Shown one piece after another: positions 16,123-32,246 of a DNA stretch of 64,000 nt. Under the pieces are notes generated by a model. That model searched no databases. It was given only the letters and a program-made list of their open reading frames with translations, and was not told the origin of the DNA. The stretch lies in the NCBI RefSeq assembly GCF_058153355.1, contig NZ_CM177019.1. One strand, given 5' to 3'. Each line of letters opens with the position of its first letter. Position 1 is the first letter of the stretch. The translations under genes and the position numbers were made by a program.

Positions 16123-16207
<85 letters not shown>

Positions 16208-16215
16208 GGACTTGA

Positions 16216-16291
<76 letters not shown>

Positions 16292-16652
16292 ATCAAGTAG
16301 CGCGCATTCTATGGAGACATGCGAGTTCATGCAACTAAAAAATTGCATAATTTGTTTTATTGGTCACATTTTATGCGACACGATGAAGAAACAGTCGAAC
16401 AGAGGGCAAATTAGCACACTTTTTCAACATCATTGTTCTCAACAATGCGCTCCTTCTAAAGCGCAATTCTTTTTATCAGATGGAATATCTGTCACATTGC
16501 TTTTCAACGATAGCTTCCCGGGAGAGATTTTTTCTTATTATTCCTCCCCATCTGGTGTTACCCTCCTGCCCATTAACCCATTCAACAGAACTGTGACGCG
16601 CCATGGCAAATATCGTTTTGCCGATAGAGCTATGACCGCCAGAAACATGCTT

Positions 16653-17603
16653 ATGAGTATAAAAGAGCAAACGTTAATGACGCCTTACCTACAGTTTGAC
16701 CGCAACCAGTGGGCAGCTCTGCGTGATTCCGTACCTATGACGTTATCGGAAGATGAGATCGCCCGTCTCAAAGGTATTAATGAAGATCTCTCGTTAGAAG
16801 AAGTGGCCGAGATCTATTTACCTCTGTCACGTTTGCTGAACTTCTATATAAGCTCGAATCTGCGCCGTCAGGCAGTTCTGGAACAGTTTCTTGGTACCAA
16901 CGGGCAACGCATTCCTTACATTATCAGTATCGCAGGTAGCGTCGCGGTGGGGAAAAGTACAACCGCCCGTGTATTGCAGGCACTATTAAGCCGTTGGCCG
17001 GAGCATCGTCGTGTTGAGCTGATCACTACAGATGGCTTCCTTCACCCTAATCAGGTGCTGAAAGAACGTGGTCTGATGAAGAAGAAAGGCTTCCCGGAAT
17101 CGTATGATATGCATCGCCTGGTGAAGTTTGTTTCCGATCTCAAATCCGGCGTGCCAAACGTTACGGCACCTGTTTACTCGCATCTTATTTATGATGTGAT
17201 CCCGGATGGAGACAAAACTGTTGTTCAGCCTGATATTTTAATTCTTGAAGGGTTAAATGTCTTACAGAGCGGGATGGATTATCCTCACGATCCACATCAT
17301 GTATTTGTTTCTGATTTTGTCGATTTTTCGATATATGTTGATGCACCAGAAGACTTACTTCAAACGTGGTATATCAACCGTTTCCTGAAATTCCGTGAAG
17401 GGGCTTTTACAGACCCGGATTCCTATTTTCATAACTACGCGAAATTAACTAAAGAAGAAGCGATTAACACTGCCATGACATTGTGGAAAGAGATCAACTG
17501 GCTGAACTTAAAGCAAAATATTCTACCTACTCGTGAGCGCGCCAGTTTAATCCTGACAAAGAGTGCTAATCACGCGGTAGAAGAGGTCAGACTACGCAAA
17601 TAA
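16653..17603 (+). CDS. coaA: pantothenate kinase (type I); start at [12 protein letters not shown], six-frame ORF is a 5' read-through extension
   Basis: 316-aa CoaA sequence with Walker [10 protein letters not shown]. Confidence 0.95.
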   Translation: MSIKEQTLMTPYLQFDRNQWAALRDSVPMTLSEDEIARLKGINEDLSLEEVAEIYLPLSRLLNFYISSNLRRQAVLEQFLGTNGQRIPYIISIAGSVAVGKSTTARVLQALLSRWPEHRRVELITTDGFLHPNQVLKERGLMKKKGFPESYDMHRLVKFVSDLKSGVPNVTAPVYSHLIYDVIPDGDKTVVQPDILILEGLNVLQSGMDYPHDPHHVFVSDFVDFSIYVDAPEDLLQTWYINRFLKFREGAFTDPDSYFHNYAKLTKEEAINTAMTLWKEINWLNLKQNILPTRERASLILTKSANHAVEEVRLRK

Positions 17604-17612
17604 TTTAAAGGG

Positions 17613-17624
17613 GAGCTAATGCTC
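17613..17624. repeat. 12-bp target-site duplication GAGCTAATGCTC (left copy) flanking IS4
   Basis: Identical 12-mer at 19051-19062 directly abutting the other IS end. Confidence 0.9.
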
Positions 17625-19050
17625 TAATGCCGATCAGTTAAGGATCAGTTGACCGATCCAGTGGCTGTGTAAGAATCCGGAAACGCTCACTTGTTTCCGG
17701 ATTTTTTTATGCACATTGGACAGGCTCTTGATCTGGTATCCCGTTACGATTCTCTGCGTAACCCACTGACTTCTCTGGGGGATTACCTCGACCCCGAACT
17801 CATCTCTCGTTGCCTTGCCGAATCAGGTACTGTAACGCTACGCAAGCGCCGTCTTCCCCTCGAAATGATGGTCTGGTGTATTGTTGGCATGGCGCTTGAG
17901 CGTAAAGAACCTCTTCACCAGATTGTGAATCGCCTGGACATCATGCTGCCGGGCAATCGCCCCTTCGTTGCCCCCAGTGCCGTTATTCAGGCCCGCCAGC
18001 GCCTGGGAAGTGAGGCTGTCCGCCGCGTGTTCACGAAAACAGCGCAGCTCTGGCATAACGCCACGCCGCATCCGCACTGGTGCGGCCTGACCCTGCTGGC
18101 CATCGATGGTGTGTTCTGGCGCACACCGGATACACCAGAGAACGATGCAGCCTTCCCCCGCCAGACACATGCCGGGAACCCGGCGCTCTACCCGCAGGTC
18201 AAAATGGTCTGCCAGATGGAACTGACCAGCCATCTGCTGACGGCTGCAGCCTTCGGCACGATGAAGAACAGCGAAAATGAGCTTGCTGAGCAACTTATAG
18301 AACAAACCGGCGATAACACTCTGACGTTAATGGATAAAGGTTATTACTCACTGGGACTGTTAAATGCCTGGAGCCTGGCGGGAGAACACCGCCACTGGAT
18401 GATACCTCTCAGAAAGGGAGCGCAATATGAAGAGATCAGAAAACTGGGTAAAGGCGATCATCTGGTGAAGCTGAAAACCAGCCCGCAGGCACGAAAAAAG
18501 TGGCCGGGACTGGGAAATGAAGTGACAGCCCGCCTGCTGACCGTGACGCGCAAAGGAAAAGTCTGCCATCTGCTGACGTCGATGACGGACGCCATGCGCT
18601 TCCCCGGAGGAGAAATGGCGGATCTGTACAGTCATCGCTGGGAAATCGAACTGGGATACAGGGAGATAAAACAGACGATGCAACTGAGCAGGCTGACGCT
18701 GAGAAGTAAAAAGCCGGAGCTTGTGGAGCAAGAGCTGTGGGGTGTCTTACTGGCTTATAATCTGGTGAGATATCAGATGATTAAAATGGCGGAACATCTG
18801 AAAGGTTACTGGCCGAATCAACTGAGTTTCTCAGAATCATGCGGAATGGTGATGAGAATGCTGATGACATTGCAGGGCGCTTCACCGGGACGTATACCGG
18901 AGCTGATGCGCGATCTTGCAAGTATGGGACAACTTGTGAAATTACCGACAAGAAGGGAAAGGGCCTTCCCGAGAGTGGTAAAGGAGAGGCCCTGGAAATA
19001 CCCCACAGCCCCGAAAAAGAGCCAGTCAGTTGCTTAACTGACTGGCATTA
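17625..19050 (+). mobile_element. IS4: IS4 insertion sequence, complete (1426 bp, imperfect 18-bp terminal inverted repeats TAATGCCGATCAGTTAAG / TAATGCCAGTCAGTTAAG)
   Basis: Length, terminal IRs, flanking 12-bp direct repeat and an intact IS4-type transposase ORF. Confidence 0.93.
17709..19037 (+). CDS. insG: IS4 transposase (start at [10 protein letters not shown])
   Basis: 442-aa ORF matching IS4 transposase, DDE-type. Confidence 0.92.
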   Translation: MHIGQALDLVSRYDSLRNPLTSLGDYLDPELISRCLAESGTVTLRKRRLPLEMMVWCIVGMALERKEPLHQIVNRLDIMLPGNRPFVAPSAVIQARQRLGSEAVRRVFTKTAQLWHNATPHPHWCGLTLLAIDGVFWRTPDTPENDAAFPRQTHAGNPALYPQVKMVCQMELTSHLLTAAAFGTMKNSENELAEQLIEQTGDNTLTLMDKGYYSLGLLNAWSLAGEHRHWMIPLRKGAQYEEIRKLGKGDHLVKLKTSPQARKKWPGLGNEVTARLLTVTRKGKVCHLLTSMTDAMRFPGGEMADLYSHRWEIELGYREIKQTMQLSRLTLRSKKPELVEQELWGVLLAYNLVRYQMIKMAEHLKGYWPNQLSFSESCGMVMRMLMTLQGASPGRIPELMRDLASMGQLVKLPTRRERAFPRVVKERPWKYPTAPKKSQSVA

Positions 19051-19062
19051 GAGCTAATGCTC
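19051..19062. repeat. 12-bp target-site duplication GAGCTAATGCTC (right copy)
   Basis: Direct repeat of 17613-17624. Confidence 0.9.
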
Positions 19063-19069
19063 CCCTTTC

Positions 19070-20035
19070 TTATTTTTCTGCACTACGCAGGGATATTTCA
19101 CCGCCCATCCAGGGTTTTATTATTCCATCCTGCTCAAGCAATAAAGCGCCTTGTTTGTCTATTCCGCGTGAAATGCCAAATATTTCTTTATCACCAATGA
19201 TAAGTTTCACTGGGCGATTAATAAAATTATCCAGTTTTTCCCAGCGCGACAGATAAGGTGCCAATCCTTCTTGCTCGAAGAGTTCCAGCGCCGCACGTAA
19301 TTCACGTATTAGCATGGCCGCCAACGCATTACGATCGAGATTGATCCCAGCTTCCTGAAGCGTGATCCACCCCTGATTAACGATATTCTCTTCAACACGA
19401 CGCATTGCCATGTTGATCCCGGCACCAATGACTATTTGCGCCGCATCGCCGGTTTTGCCAGTCAGCTCCACAAGAATACCTGCCAGCTTGCGATCCTGCA
19501 GATAGAGGTCATTCGGCCATTTAACACGAACTTTATCAGCGCCCAACTTGCGTAATACTTCCGCCATCACGATACCGATAACCAGACTTAAACCAATCGC
19601 CGCAGCCGGGCCTTGTTCCAGACGCCAGAACATCGACAAATATAAGTTTGCGCCAAAAGGTGAAAACCATTTCCGACCTCGGCGACCACGTCCTGCCTGC
19701 TGGTATTCAGCAACGCAGGCATCACCCGATTTAAGCTCTCCGATACGATCAAGAAGATACTGATTCGTGGAGTCAATAACGGGCAGCACGGCTACACTAC
19801 CGCTATCCAGCTGACTCAATATCTGTTCAGCATTAAGTAACTGGATGGGCTCAGGCAGGCTGTATCCTTTACCCGGAACGGTAAAGACATCAACGCCCCA
19901 GTCACGCAGTGTTTGAATATGTTTATTAATGGCCGCCCGGCTCATTCCTAACGTTTCACCCAGCTGCTCACCAGAGTGAAATTCGCCATTCGCTAATAGC
20001 GTGATTAATTTTAGCGGAACGGTATTATCCTTCAT
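19070..20035 (-). CDS. birA: bifunctional biotin-[acetyl-CoA-carboxylase] ligase and biotin operon repressor
   Basis: 321-aa [53 protein letters not shown]... Confidence 0.96.
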   Translation of the reverse strand: MKDNTVPLKLITLLANGEFHSGEQLGETLGMSRAAINKHIQTLRDWGVDVFTVPGKGYSLPEPIQLLNAEQILSQLDSGSVAVLPVIDSTNQYLLDRIGELKSGDACVAEYQQAGRGRRGRKWFSPFGANLYLSMFWRLEQGPAAAIGLSLVIGIVMAEVLRKLGADKVRVKWPNDLYLQDRKLAGILVELTGKTGDAAQIVIGAGINMAMRRVEENIVNQGWITLQEAGINLDRNALAAMLIRELRAALELFEQEGLAPYLSRWEKLDNFINRPVKLIIGDKEIFGISRGIDKQGALLLEQDGIIKPWMGGEISLRSAEK

Positions 20036-21060
20036 GAAATCGTCTCCACTGCGCTAACTTCACCTGATGTACCAATAAAGCGAACTTCTGGCTCAAGCCA
20101 GACATTAAATTTTTCACCCACTTTCTGTCTTACATGATGTGCCAGCTGCACAATATCTTCGCTTTTTGCATTGCCTTCATTAATGAGAACTAACGCCTGT
20201 TGACGGTGTACCGCAGCCCCACCAATTTGTGTTCCTTTTAGCTGGCACTGATCGATAAGCCAACCAGCGGCCAGTTTTACTGAACCATCCGTCTGGGGAT
20301 AATTTGGTGCTGTTGGAAATTGTGCCAGTAATGCTTTAGCCGTTTCGGCAGATACAACAGGGTTTTTGAAGAAACTACCGGCATTGCCATTCACTTTTGG
20401 ATCAGGGAGTTTGGTGGTGCGCATATGACACACCGCATCAAATACTTGCTGTGGCGTTACGGTTGTAGGATCCAGACGAGTTAAGTCACCATACGTTAGT
20501 ACAGGTTGCCACTCTTTTGGCAGGCGCAGACCTACGGCTACAATGGCGAAGCGGTCCTGGTATTCATGTTTAAAAATACTGTCGCGATAGCCAAAACGGC
20601 ACTCTTTGGCAGTTAAGCGCACTTGCTTGCCTGTCGCCAGTTCGACACAGTCAACATAAGCGCAAACTCGCTGTAATTCTACGCCATAAGCACCAATATT
20701 CTGGATAGGTGATGAGCCGACACAACCAGGAATTAACGCCAGATTTTCCAGACCTGGCATACCTTCCTGCAAAGTGTATTTTACCAGTCGATGCCAGTTT
20801 TCTCCGGCTCCTACATGTAAATACCACGCATCAGGTTCATCATGAATTTCGATACCTTTGATCCGGTTGATGATCACCGTGCCGCGATAGTCTTCCAGAA
20901 AAAGTACATTACTTCCTTCACCCAGAATAAGAACGGGTTGCCCTTCTGCGGTTGCATGCTGCCAGGCATTGAGTAGTTGTTGTTCGTCTTCGGCACATAC
21001 AATGTGCTGAGCATTATGATCAATGCCAAATGTGTTCCAGGGTTTTAAGGAGTGGTTCAT
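20032..21060 (-). CDS. murB: UDP-N-acetylenolpyruvoylglucosamine reductase
   Basis: 342-aa ORF; 4-bp overlap with birA. Confidence 0.96.
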   Translation of the reverse strand: MNHSLKPWNTFGIDHNAQHIVCAEDEQQLLNAWQHATAEGQPVLILGEGSNVLFLEDYRGTVIINRIKGIEIHDEPDAWYLHVGAGENWHRLVKYTLQEGMPGLENLALIPGCVGSSPIQNIGAYGVELQRVCAYVDCVELATGKQVRLTAKECRFGYRDSIFKHEYQDRFAIVAVGLRLPKEWQPVLTYGDLTRLDPTTVTPQQVFDAVCHMRTTKLPDPKVNGNAGSFFKNPVVSAETAKALLAQFPTAPNYPQTDGSVKLAAGWLIDQCQLKGTQIGGAAVHRQQALVLINEGNAKSEDIVQLAHHVRQKVGEKFNVWLEPEVRFIGTSGEVSAVETIS

Positions 21061-21149
21061 AGCTGCTTTCCTGATGCAAAAACGAGGCTAGTTTACCGTA
21101 TCTGTGGGGGGATGGCTTGTAGTTATGACGACAGGGAGAGTTTGTAGAA

Positions 21150-21180
21150 ACGCAAAAAGGCCCAGTCTTCCGACTGGGCC
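21150..21180 (-). terminator. rrnB operon terminator (hairpin GGCCCAGTC-GGAA-GACTGGGCC followed by TTTTTGCG)
   Basis: Stem-loop plus U-run 15 nt downstream of 5S rRNA 3' end. Confidence 0.8.
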
Positions 21181-21194
21181 TTCTGCTTAATTTG

Positions 21195-21314
21195 ATGCCT
21201 GGCAGTTCCCTACTCTCGCATGGGGAGACCCCACACTACCATCGGCGCTACGGCGTTTCACTTCTGAGTTCGGCATGGGGTCAGGTGGGACCACCGCGCT
21301 AAGGCCGCCAGGCA
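21195..21314 (-). rRNA. rrfB: 5S ribosomal RNA
   Basis: 120 nt; reverse complement starts TGCCTGGCGGCC...and ends ...GGGAACTGCCAGGCAT. Confidence 0.95.
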
Positions 21315-21500
21315 AATTCCTGTGCTCTGTCCTGTGTCTTTTGTGCTGATACTGCGTTGGCTGCATTCGCGAAAATCAGTCACATACTTCAGTATGCTCC
21401 TTCCTTCGCTTCATTTGCCGCCTTGTCTCAGCGCAAAATCCTTCGGACTCTGGATCCAAGCTGAAATTCTCTCAATCCGCCAAAACACCTTCGGCGTTGT

Positions 21501-24405
<2,905 letters not shown>

Positions 24406-24589
24406 TCACAACCCGAAGATGTTTCACTTCTGATTGCGAAAATTTGAGAGACTCACGAACAACTTTCATTGTTCAGTGTTTCAATTTTCAGCTTGATCCA
24501 GATTTTTAAAGAGCAAATATCTTAAACATGACTCGTAAGTCATCTTTAACGATATTAAGGTCGGCGACTTTCACTCACAAACCAGCAAG

Positions 24590-24665
24590 TGGCGTCCCCT
24601 AGGGGATTCGAACCCCTGTTACCGCCGTGAAAGGGCGGTGTCCTGGGCCTCTAGACGAAGGGGAC
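24590..24665 (-). tRNA. gltT: tRNA-Glu (UUC) in 16S-23S spacer
   Basis: 76 nt; reverse complement GTCCCCTTCGTCTAGAGGCCCAGGACACCGCCCTTTCACGGCGGTAACAGGGGTTCGAATCCCCTAGGGGACGCCA. Confidence 0.95.
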
Positions 24666-24836
24666 ACGAAAATTGCTTATCACGCGCTGCGTGATATTTT
24701 CGTGTAGGGTGAGCTTTCATTAATAGAAAGCGAACGGCCTTATTCTCTTCAGCCTCACTCCCAACGCGTAAACGCCTTGCTATTCACTTTTCATCAGACA
24801 ATCTGTGTGAGCACTGCAAAGAACAGTTCTTTAAGG

Positions 24837-26378
<1,542 letters not shown>

Positions 26379-26549
26379 AAAAGTTTGATGCTCAAAGAAT
26401 TAAACTTCGTAATGAATTACGTGTTCACTCTTGAGACTTGGTATTCATTTTTCGTCTTGCGACGTTAAGAATCCGTATCTTCGAGTGCCCACACAGATTG
26501 TCTGATAAATTGTTAAAGAGCAGTGCCGCTTCGCTTTTTCTCAGCGGCG

Positions 26550-26730
26550 CGGGGTGTGCATAATACGCTTTCCCGCTACAGAGTCAAGCATTTTTTTGCT
26601 TTTCTCTGTTGAGATTCTCAGGAGAACCCCGCTGACCCGGCGGCGTGTTTGCCGTTGTTCCGTGTCAGTGGTGGCGCATTATAGGGAGTTATTCCGGCCT
26701 GACAAGAGGAAATTTAAAATAATTTTCCAA
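26550..26730 (-). promoter_or_regulatory. rrnB tandem promoters P1 and P2 with UP element (P1 -35 TTGTCA / -10 TATAAT; P2 -35 TTGACT / -10 TATTAT)
   Basis: Sequence matches the classical rrnB P1/P2 region (…CTCTTGTCAGGCCGGAATAACTCCCTATAATGCGCCACCACT… and …TTGACTCTGTAGCGGGAAAGCGTATTATGC…). Confidence 0.85.
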
Positions 26731-26750
26731 CCGCGCAACATTCAACCAAA

Positions 26751-27608
26751 TCAGTCTAAAACTGCCAGTTTTTCGAGCGTTTCGAAGCCGTAGCGCTGTA
26801 AAACGGGCAATAATTGTTCAGCTTCTGGCGTCATTGCCATACAAAAGGCAATATTCGCATCGGCGGATTTTGCATCCGGGGCTTCATGTTCTAACAACCA
26901 GGCCGTTCGGCGAGCAATCGCTGCGCCAGAATCCACCAGCCGTGTTCCCTCTGGCAGCACTTGTAACAGTTCTTCTTGTAGTAGAGGGAAGTGGGTACAC
27001 CCCAGAACAACGGTATCTGGTGGCTCTTTCATTCTTAACCACGGGCGCAAGATACGCTTTAGTGCATCCAGAGAAACATCTTCGCCATGCAGCTTCGCTT
27101 CAGCCAACTCAACCATCTCTGCCGAGCCCAGCATTTCTATCTGGCATTCATTAGCGAAACGCGCGATCAGCTCATGAGTATAAGAACGTTTAACTGTTCC
27201 GCGGGTTGCCAGTAATCCGACAATGCCATTTGCCGTCAGACGTGCAGCAGGTTTAATCGCCGGCACGACTCCAACAACCGGGAAGTCGAACTTTTCGCGT
27301 AAGGCAGGAAGTGAAACGGTACTGGCAGTGTTGCAAGCGACCACAGCCAACGCAAGGGGATAACGCTCTTGTACCGCAGTGACAATTTCCACCACTCGCT
27401 CAACAATAAACTCTTCGCTTTTTTCGCCATAAGGGAAAGCGACGTTATCGAAAGCATAAATGTAATGGAGATCCGGCAAGAGATGCCGGATCTCGTCATA
27501 GACCGACAACCCACCGACGCCGGAGTCAAACACCAGCACGGTGGGACGTGGTTCAGAAGGTGTAGCTGCCAGACAAGGTGTATTCCCGTCCTGCAGTTTG
27601 GTAGCCAT
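26751..27608 (-). CDS. murI: glutamate racemase (start at MATKLQDG)
   Basis: 285-aa MurI; 3' overlap with btuB as in K-12. Confidence 0.93.
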   Translation of the reverse strand: MATKLQDGNTPCLAATPSEPRPTVLVFDSGVGGLSVYDEIRHLLPDLHYIYAFDNVAFPYGEKSEEFIVERVVEIVTAVQERYPLALAVVACNTASTVSLPALREKFDFPVVGVVPAIKPAARLTANGIVGLLATRGTVKRSYTHELIARFANECQIEMLGSAEMVELAEAKLHGEDVSLDALKRILRPWLRMKEPPDTVVLGCTHFPLLQEELLQVLPEGTRLVDSGAAIARRTAWLLEHEAPDAKSADANIAFCMAMTPEAEQLLPVLQRYGFETLEKLAVLD

Positions 27609-29397
27609 AGACTGTCTCATAATCTTTGTCGAACAGGTTGGCTATTTTACCACGAACTGTCAGGTGAGAGGTGACCGGATACGCAACCGCAAGATCCCAC
27701 AAGCTCACACCGCCCATTTTAACGGTTTGATAAGGATAAGATGAGTAATCCTTATCATAGCGAGTGCCTAAATACTGATAAGTAATACCCCAGTCGAAGT
27801 CATACAACTGCCAGTCGAGCTGGTATTTCACCTGCTGTTTAGCACGGCGTAACAACGGCGTGTCGGTAATTGCATTGCGCGCATCGACATAATCATAACT
27901 CACAGTATGCGTCAGTGGTCCGGTATCAAAATTGGCGGTCGCCTCAACGCCCTTAATTCGCGCTTTCCCTTCGTTATAGTATTTCAGGGTGTGATCATCG
28001 TAATCGATCAAGTCACTGACATCGTTACGATATCCAGAAATACGCCAGTTCACCCCAGCGGTTAAGCCTTCAAACGCGCCTTCCCACTGTTTGCTTTTCT
28101 CAGGTTCCAGATTTGGATTTCCGTAGAAGCCATACAGTTGTCCAAGATTTGGTGCCTTATAAGATGTCCCGTAGGAAGCAATGAAGCGATAGCCTTCGAT
28201 GAATTCCCAACCAGCGCTGGTTTGCCAGGTTCCATGACGACCAAACTGTGAGTTATCGTCGCTGCGTGCTGCGCCTTCAAAGGTAAAATCGCCGACTTGT
28301 TGCAGCCCGGTCAGATAGATGCCGGTATTACGTTGATCATATCCATCCTCAACATAACCTGTACCCGGCGTCGTAGTCTGTTTCTGCCAGTCGACACCCG
28401 CACCAATACTACCGTGACCAACGATGACATTGTTTGCCCACTGGACGGTGTATTGCTTCATCTCATCGAGCGTCGCCGACGAATCATAACGACCATAATG
28501 GGGATCGTAGTTGTAATCTTTGCTATGGCTATAGCTGGTAATGAGTTGTGATTTAATCAGTTCGCCGTTATAGCGCAGCCCGGCGTCCCAACTTTGGCTA
28601 TAGAGTTTACGGGTATCGACCAGTGGCGAGCCGGGAGAATAATATGCGTCATAATTGGTACGATTATCATAGCCATAGCCGCGCACAAAGCCGCTCCAGA
28701 CATCAGTAAAGTTATGCTCCAGCGCACCATAAAGCGTTTTACTTAAAAAACCATCGTTATCTGTCTGCGCTTGCGTTCCGGTATTACCATAGGCAACAAC
28801 ATCATAACCATGAGTATGGGCATAATCGCCCAACAGCGTTACCCGTGTCTTATCTCCCAGTTGTTGCTGTGTAGAAACATCATAGTTCTGATAGCTATTG
28901 CTTCCCCACCCTGCTGAAATTTCCGTTCCGGGTTGATCGCGCGTCGTGATGATATTCACGACCCCACCTATTGCATCGGAACCATAAACAGCGGAGCGCG
29001 GCCCACGGATATATTCAACACGCTGGACAAGCGCAATAGGGAACTGGCTAAGGTCGGCAGAACCACTCACCCCCGCCAGATTCAGGCGTACGCCATCAAT
29101 TAACACCAACACATGACTGGCATTTGTACCGCGAATAAAAATAGAAGAGAGTTGACCTGAACCGCCGTTTTGGGTGATATCGACACCCGGAAGACGGCGC
29201 AGCACATCATTGACCGAGGTCGACTGCCAGCGGTCGATATCCTGACGCGTCACAACGGTGGTTGGTGCAAGCACAGTGCTGCGCGGCTGTTCAAAACGGT
29301 TAGCAGTAACGACGAGAGTATCCGGGCTGGTATCCTGTGCCCAAGCGGAAAAGGCTGTGACAGAACACGCCGTCAGCAGCGAAGCTTTTTTAATCAT
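27553..29397 (-). CDS. btuB: TonB-dependent vitamin B12 outer-membrane transporter (start at [12 protein letters not shown])
   Basis: 614-aa BtuB with signal peptide and TonB box (DTLVVTANR). Confidence 0.95.
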   Translation of the reverse strand: MIKKASLLTACSVTAFSAWAQDTSPDTLVVTANRFEQPRSTVLAPTTVVTRQDIDRWQSTSVNDVLRRLPGVDITQNGGSGQLSSIFIRGTNASHVLVLIDGVRLNLAGVSGSADLSQFPIALVQRVEYIRGPRSAVYGSDAIGGVVNIITTRDQPGTEISAGWGSNSYQNYDVSTQQQLGDKTRVTLLGDYAHTHGYDVVAYGNTGTQAQTDNDGFLSKTLYGALEHNFTDVWSGFVRGYGYDNRTNYDAYYSPGSPLVDTRKLYSQSWDAGLRYNGELIKSQLITSYSHSKDYNYDPHYGRYDSSATLDEMKQYTVQWANNVIVGHGSIGAGVDWQKQTTTPGTGYVEDGYDQRNTGIYLTGLQQVGDFTFEGAARSDDNSQFGRHGTWQTSAGWEFIEGYRFIASYGTSYKAPNLGQLYGFYGNPNLEPEKSKQWEGAFEGLTAGVNWRISGYRNDVSDLIDYDDHTLKYYNEGKARIKGVEATANFDTGPLTHTVSYDYVDARNAITDTPLLRRAKQQVKYQLDWQLYDFDWGITYQYLGTRYDKDYSSYPYQTVKMGGVSLWDLAVAYPVTSHLTVRGKIANLFDKDYETVYGYQTAGREYTLSGSYTF

Positions 29398-29640
29398 TGT
29401 AAAGCATCCACAATAGAAGAAGGATGCCGCAGGCTTCATCAATATTACGCGATGATGAGAACCAGATGCGACGTTAGCCGGCAGGTCTTCGGGCTTGGAG
29501 GGGTATATAAAATACTAAGAGATGATGACTTCCCACCGGATGGCAGTGTCCGCATAACGCAATCATCGCACCTTTCCTTACCGCTGCGCGTCAGCTCCAG
29601 ATTTGCACTGGATTCCCTATTAACTCACAGGACCGGCGAG
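29398..29640 (-). promoter_or_regulatory. btuB 5' leader containing adenosylcobalamin riboswitch
   Basis: Approx 240-nt untranslated leader; reverse complement contains GCCGGTCCTGTGAGTTAATAGGGAATCCAGTGCAAATCTGGAGCTGACGCGCAGCGGTAAGGAAAGGTGCGATGATTGCGTTATGCGGACACTGCCATCCGGTGGGAAGTCATCATCTC, recognised as the btuB B12 element. Confidence 0.85.
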
Positions 29641-29765
29641 TGGATGCTACAGGTTGTAACAAGTTGCTGTCCAGACGTAGCTCACAAATAGGAATACATC
29701 AAGATCTGGACATCTGATGAGCAATCCCTACAATCGCCGCGTACATTTCATTTTCAGGATACATC

Positions 29766-30866
29766 ATGACCCCCGAACACCTTCCAACAGAACAGTATGA
29801 AGCGCAGTTAGCCGAAAAAGTGGTACGTTTGCAAAGTATGATGGCGCCGTTTTCTGACCTGGTTCCGGAAGTGTTTCGCTCGCCGGTCAGTCATTACCGG
29901 ATGCGTGCGGAGTTCCGCATCTGGCACGATGGCGATGACCTGTACCACATCATTTTCGATCAACAAACCAAAAGCCGTATCCGCGTGGATAGCTTCCCCG
30001 CCGCCAGTGAACTTATCAACCAGTTGATGACGGCGATGATTGCGGGTGTGCGTAATAATCCCGTTCTGCGCCACAAGCTATTCCAGATTGATTACCTCAC
30101 TACGCTGAGTAATCAGGCGGTGGTTTCCCTGCTGTACCATAAAAAGCTAGATGATGAGTGGCGTCAGGAAGCGGAAGCCCTGCGCGATGCACTGCGAGTG
30201 CAGAATCTGAATGTGCATCTGATTGGTCGGGCAACGAAAACCAAAATCGCGCTGGATCAAGATTACATCGACGAACGTCTGCCGGTCGCAGGGAAAGAGA
30301 TGATCTACCGTCAGGTAGAAAACAGCTTTACCCAGCCGAACGCGGCGATGAATATTCAGATGCTGGAATGGGCGCTGGACGTCACCAAAGGCTCAAAAGG
30401 CGATTTACTGGAGCTGTACTGCGGCAACGGTAACTTCTCATTAGCCCTGGCGCGCAATTTTGATCGGGTATTAGCCACCGAAATCGCCAAGCCTTCGGTC
30501 GCTGCCGCGCAATACAACATTGCCGCTAACCATATTGATAACGTCCAAATTATTCGTATGGCGGCAGAAGAATTTACTCAGGCGATGAATGGTGTGCGCG
30601 AATTTAATCGCCTGCAAGGGATCGACTTAAAGAGTTATCAGTGCGAAACCATTTTTGTCGACCCACCGCGCAGCGGTCTGGACAGTGAAACCGAGAAAAT
30701 GGTGCAGGCGTATCCACGTATTCTGTATATCTCCTGCAATCCGGAAACGTTATGCAAGAATCTGGAAACATTAAGCCAGACGCACAAGGTTGAACGTCTG
30801 GCTCTGTTTGATCAGTTCCCCTACACGCACCATATGGAGTGCGGCGTATTACTGACCGCGAAGTAA
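29766..30866 (+). CDS. trmA: tRNA (uracil54-C5)-methyltransferase
   Basis: 366-aa [22 protein letters not shown]... Confidence 0.95.
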   Translation: MTPEHLPTEQYEAQLAEKVVRLQSMMAPFSDLVPEVFRSPVSHYRMRAEFRIWHDGDDLYHIIFDQQTKSRIRVDSFPAASELINQLMTAMIAGVRNNPVLRHKLFQIDYLTTLSNQAVVSLLYHKKLDDEWRQEAEALRDALRVQNLNVHLIGRATKTKIALDQDYIDERLPVAGKEMIYRQVENSFTQPNAAMNIQMLEWALDVTKGSKGDLLELYCGNGNFSLALARNFDRVLATEIAKPSVAAAQYNIAANHIDNVQIIRMAAEEFTQAMNGVREFNRLQGIDLKSYQCETIFVDPPRSGLDSETEKMVQAYPRILYISCNPETLCKNLETLSQTHKVERLALFDQFPYTHHMECGVLLTAK

Positions 30867-30869
30867 AAC

Positions 30870-30900
30870 CTATGCCGGATGCGCCAGCATCCGGCATGAT
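30870..30900 (+). terminator. trmA terminator / REP-like palindrome (TGCCGGATGCGCCAGCATCCGGCA)
   Basis: Perfect inverted repeat just after trmA stop. Confidence 0.6.
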
Positions 30901-30905
30901 ACCGA

Positions 30906-31265
30906 TTACTCAGCAACTTCCTGCTTACGGTTACGCATCTTCGCGCCAATCCAGAACACCATAATGACGGACAGTACTGCCGGGAAGAAGTTAGAGCCGA
31001 TATCCGGATATTCCGCACGAACTACCGTGCTGTACAGCAGTACGCCGAGAATAAAACAAGCAGCAGCCAGACCCGGCAAGCCTACCGGCATAGTGCGATT
31101 AAGATAACGTTGATGCAGGCAGTAAACTGTCAGCACCAGGGAAATAATCGGGAATACAGAAAATGGCACAATGGAGCTAAACAGCGCTGCGAAAGTACCA
31201 TTAATCGATAAGCCAGCCACCAGCGCCAGCAGCAGCGTACCTCTATCTTGATTTGCTTGTTTCAT
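30906..31265 (-). CDS. yijD: inner-membrane protein YijD (DUF1422)
   Basis: 119-aa hydrophobic ORF co-oriented downstream of fabR. Confidence 0.9.
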
Positions 31266-31912
31266 TACTCGTCCTTCACATTTCCCGGAATAATTGCGGT
31301 TTTCTCTTGTTCACGGCGATACCAGTAATAAGCCCCTTTCGAAATCATTCGCAGTTGCAGTACCAGTCGCTCTTCTAATTGCCGACGTTGTTCGACGCCG
31401 ACGTCCAACGCCTCGGCACCCGCACTGAAGACAATCGTCACCATGGCTTCGGCTTGCGCTTCAGTAAACGCACGCGGCATATGGTTTTCGAGTTCCAGAT
31501 AGTCCGCAAGTTCCGCAATGAAGTGCTGAATTTCACGCGCAACGGCGGCACGAAACGCAGCGGAGGTGCCGGAGCGTTCCCGCAATAATAACCGGAAGGC
31601 GTTAGGATTATTACCGATGAACTCCATAAATGTGGAGACCGAGGTGCGGATCACACTCCCGCCTTTGGCGATACGCTGACGCGCCTGGCGCATGAGTTGG
31701 CGTAGCATTAAACCGCTCTCATCAACCATGGTCAGACCCAGTTCGTCTACGTCGCGGAAATGCCGATAAAAAGAGGTGGGAGCAATGCCCGCTTCACGCG
31801 CCACTTCACGCAAACTCAGGCTGGCGAAGCTGCGTTCAGCACTTAATTGGCTAAATGCGGCTTCCACCAACGAACGGCGGGTTTTTTCTTTTTGTTGCGC
31901 TCTTACGCCCAT
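31265..31912 (-). CDS. fabR: TetR-family repressor of unsaturated fatty acid synthesis (start at [13 protein letters not shown]; an upstream in-frame ATG at 32008 is also possible)
   Basis: TetR HTH region ([25 protein letters not shown]). Confidence 0.88.
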
Positions 31913-32246
31913 CACGATGTCTGAATCCTTGCCAAAAGTACTGCTGGCACTATACCAGAGAATGAACATACTGGATTGCTCCAGTGTTGTGAATGAACCG
32001 TAACGCAATAAAACATATTTACTGCAATTCTTTGGCCGGTTCTTTTACGTACAACGGAAACCTGCCACTTAAACGGTGAGTACTGGCGATAAAAATCCAA
32101 TAAAACGTTCAAGGCAAAAGTAAGAAACAGACAAAGCAAAGGCCGCTCACGATATAGCCAGATAAATGACGGGGATCAATTGGCTTACCCGCGATAAAAT
32201 GTTACCATTCTGTTACTTTTATGTATAAGAACAGGTAAGCCCTACC

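Noticed and set aside
16311-16652. Upstream extension of the coaA ORF (430 aa in the six-frame track)
   Set aside because: The extension overlaps the thrU promoter region and has no SD. The established CoaA N-terminus ([12 protein letters not shown]) begins at 16653 and gives the expected 316 aa.
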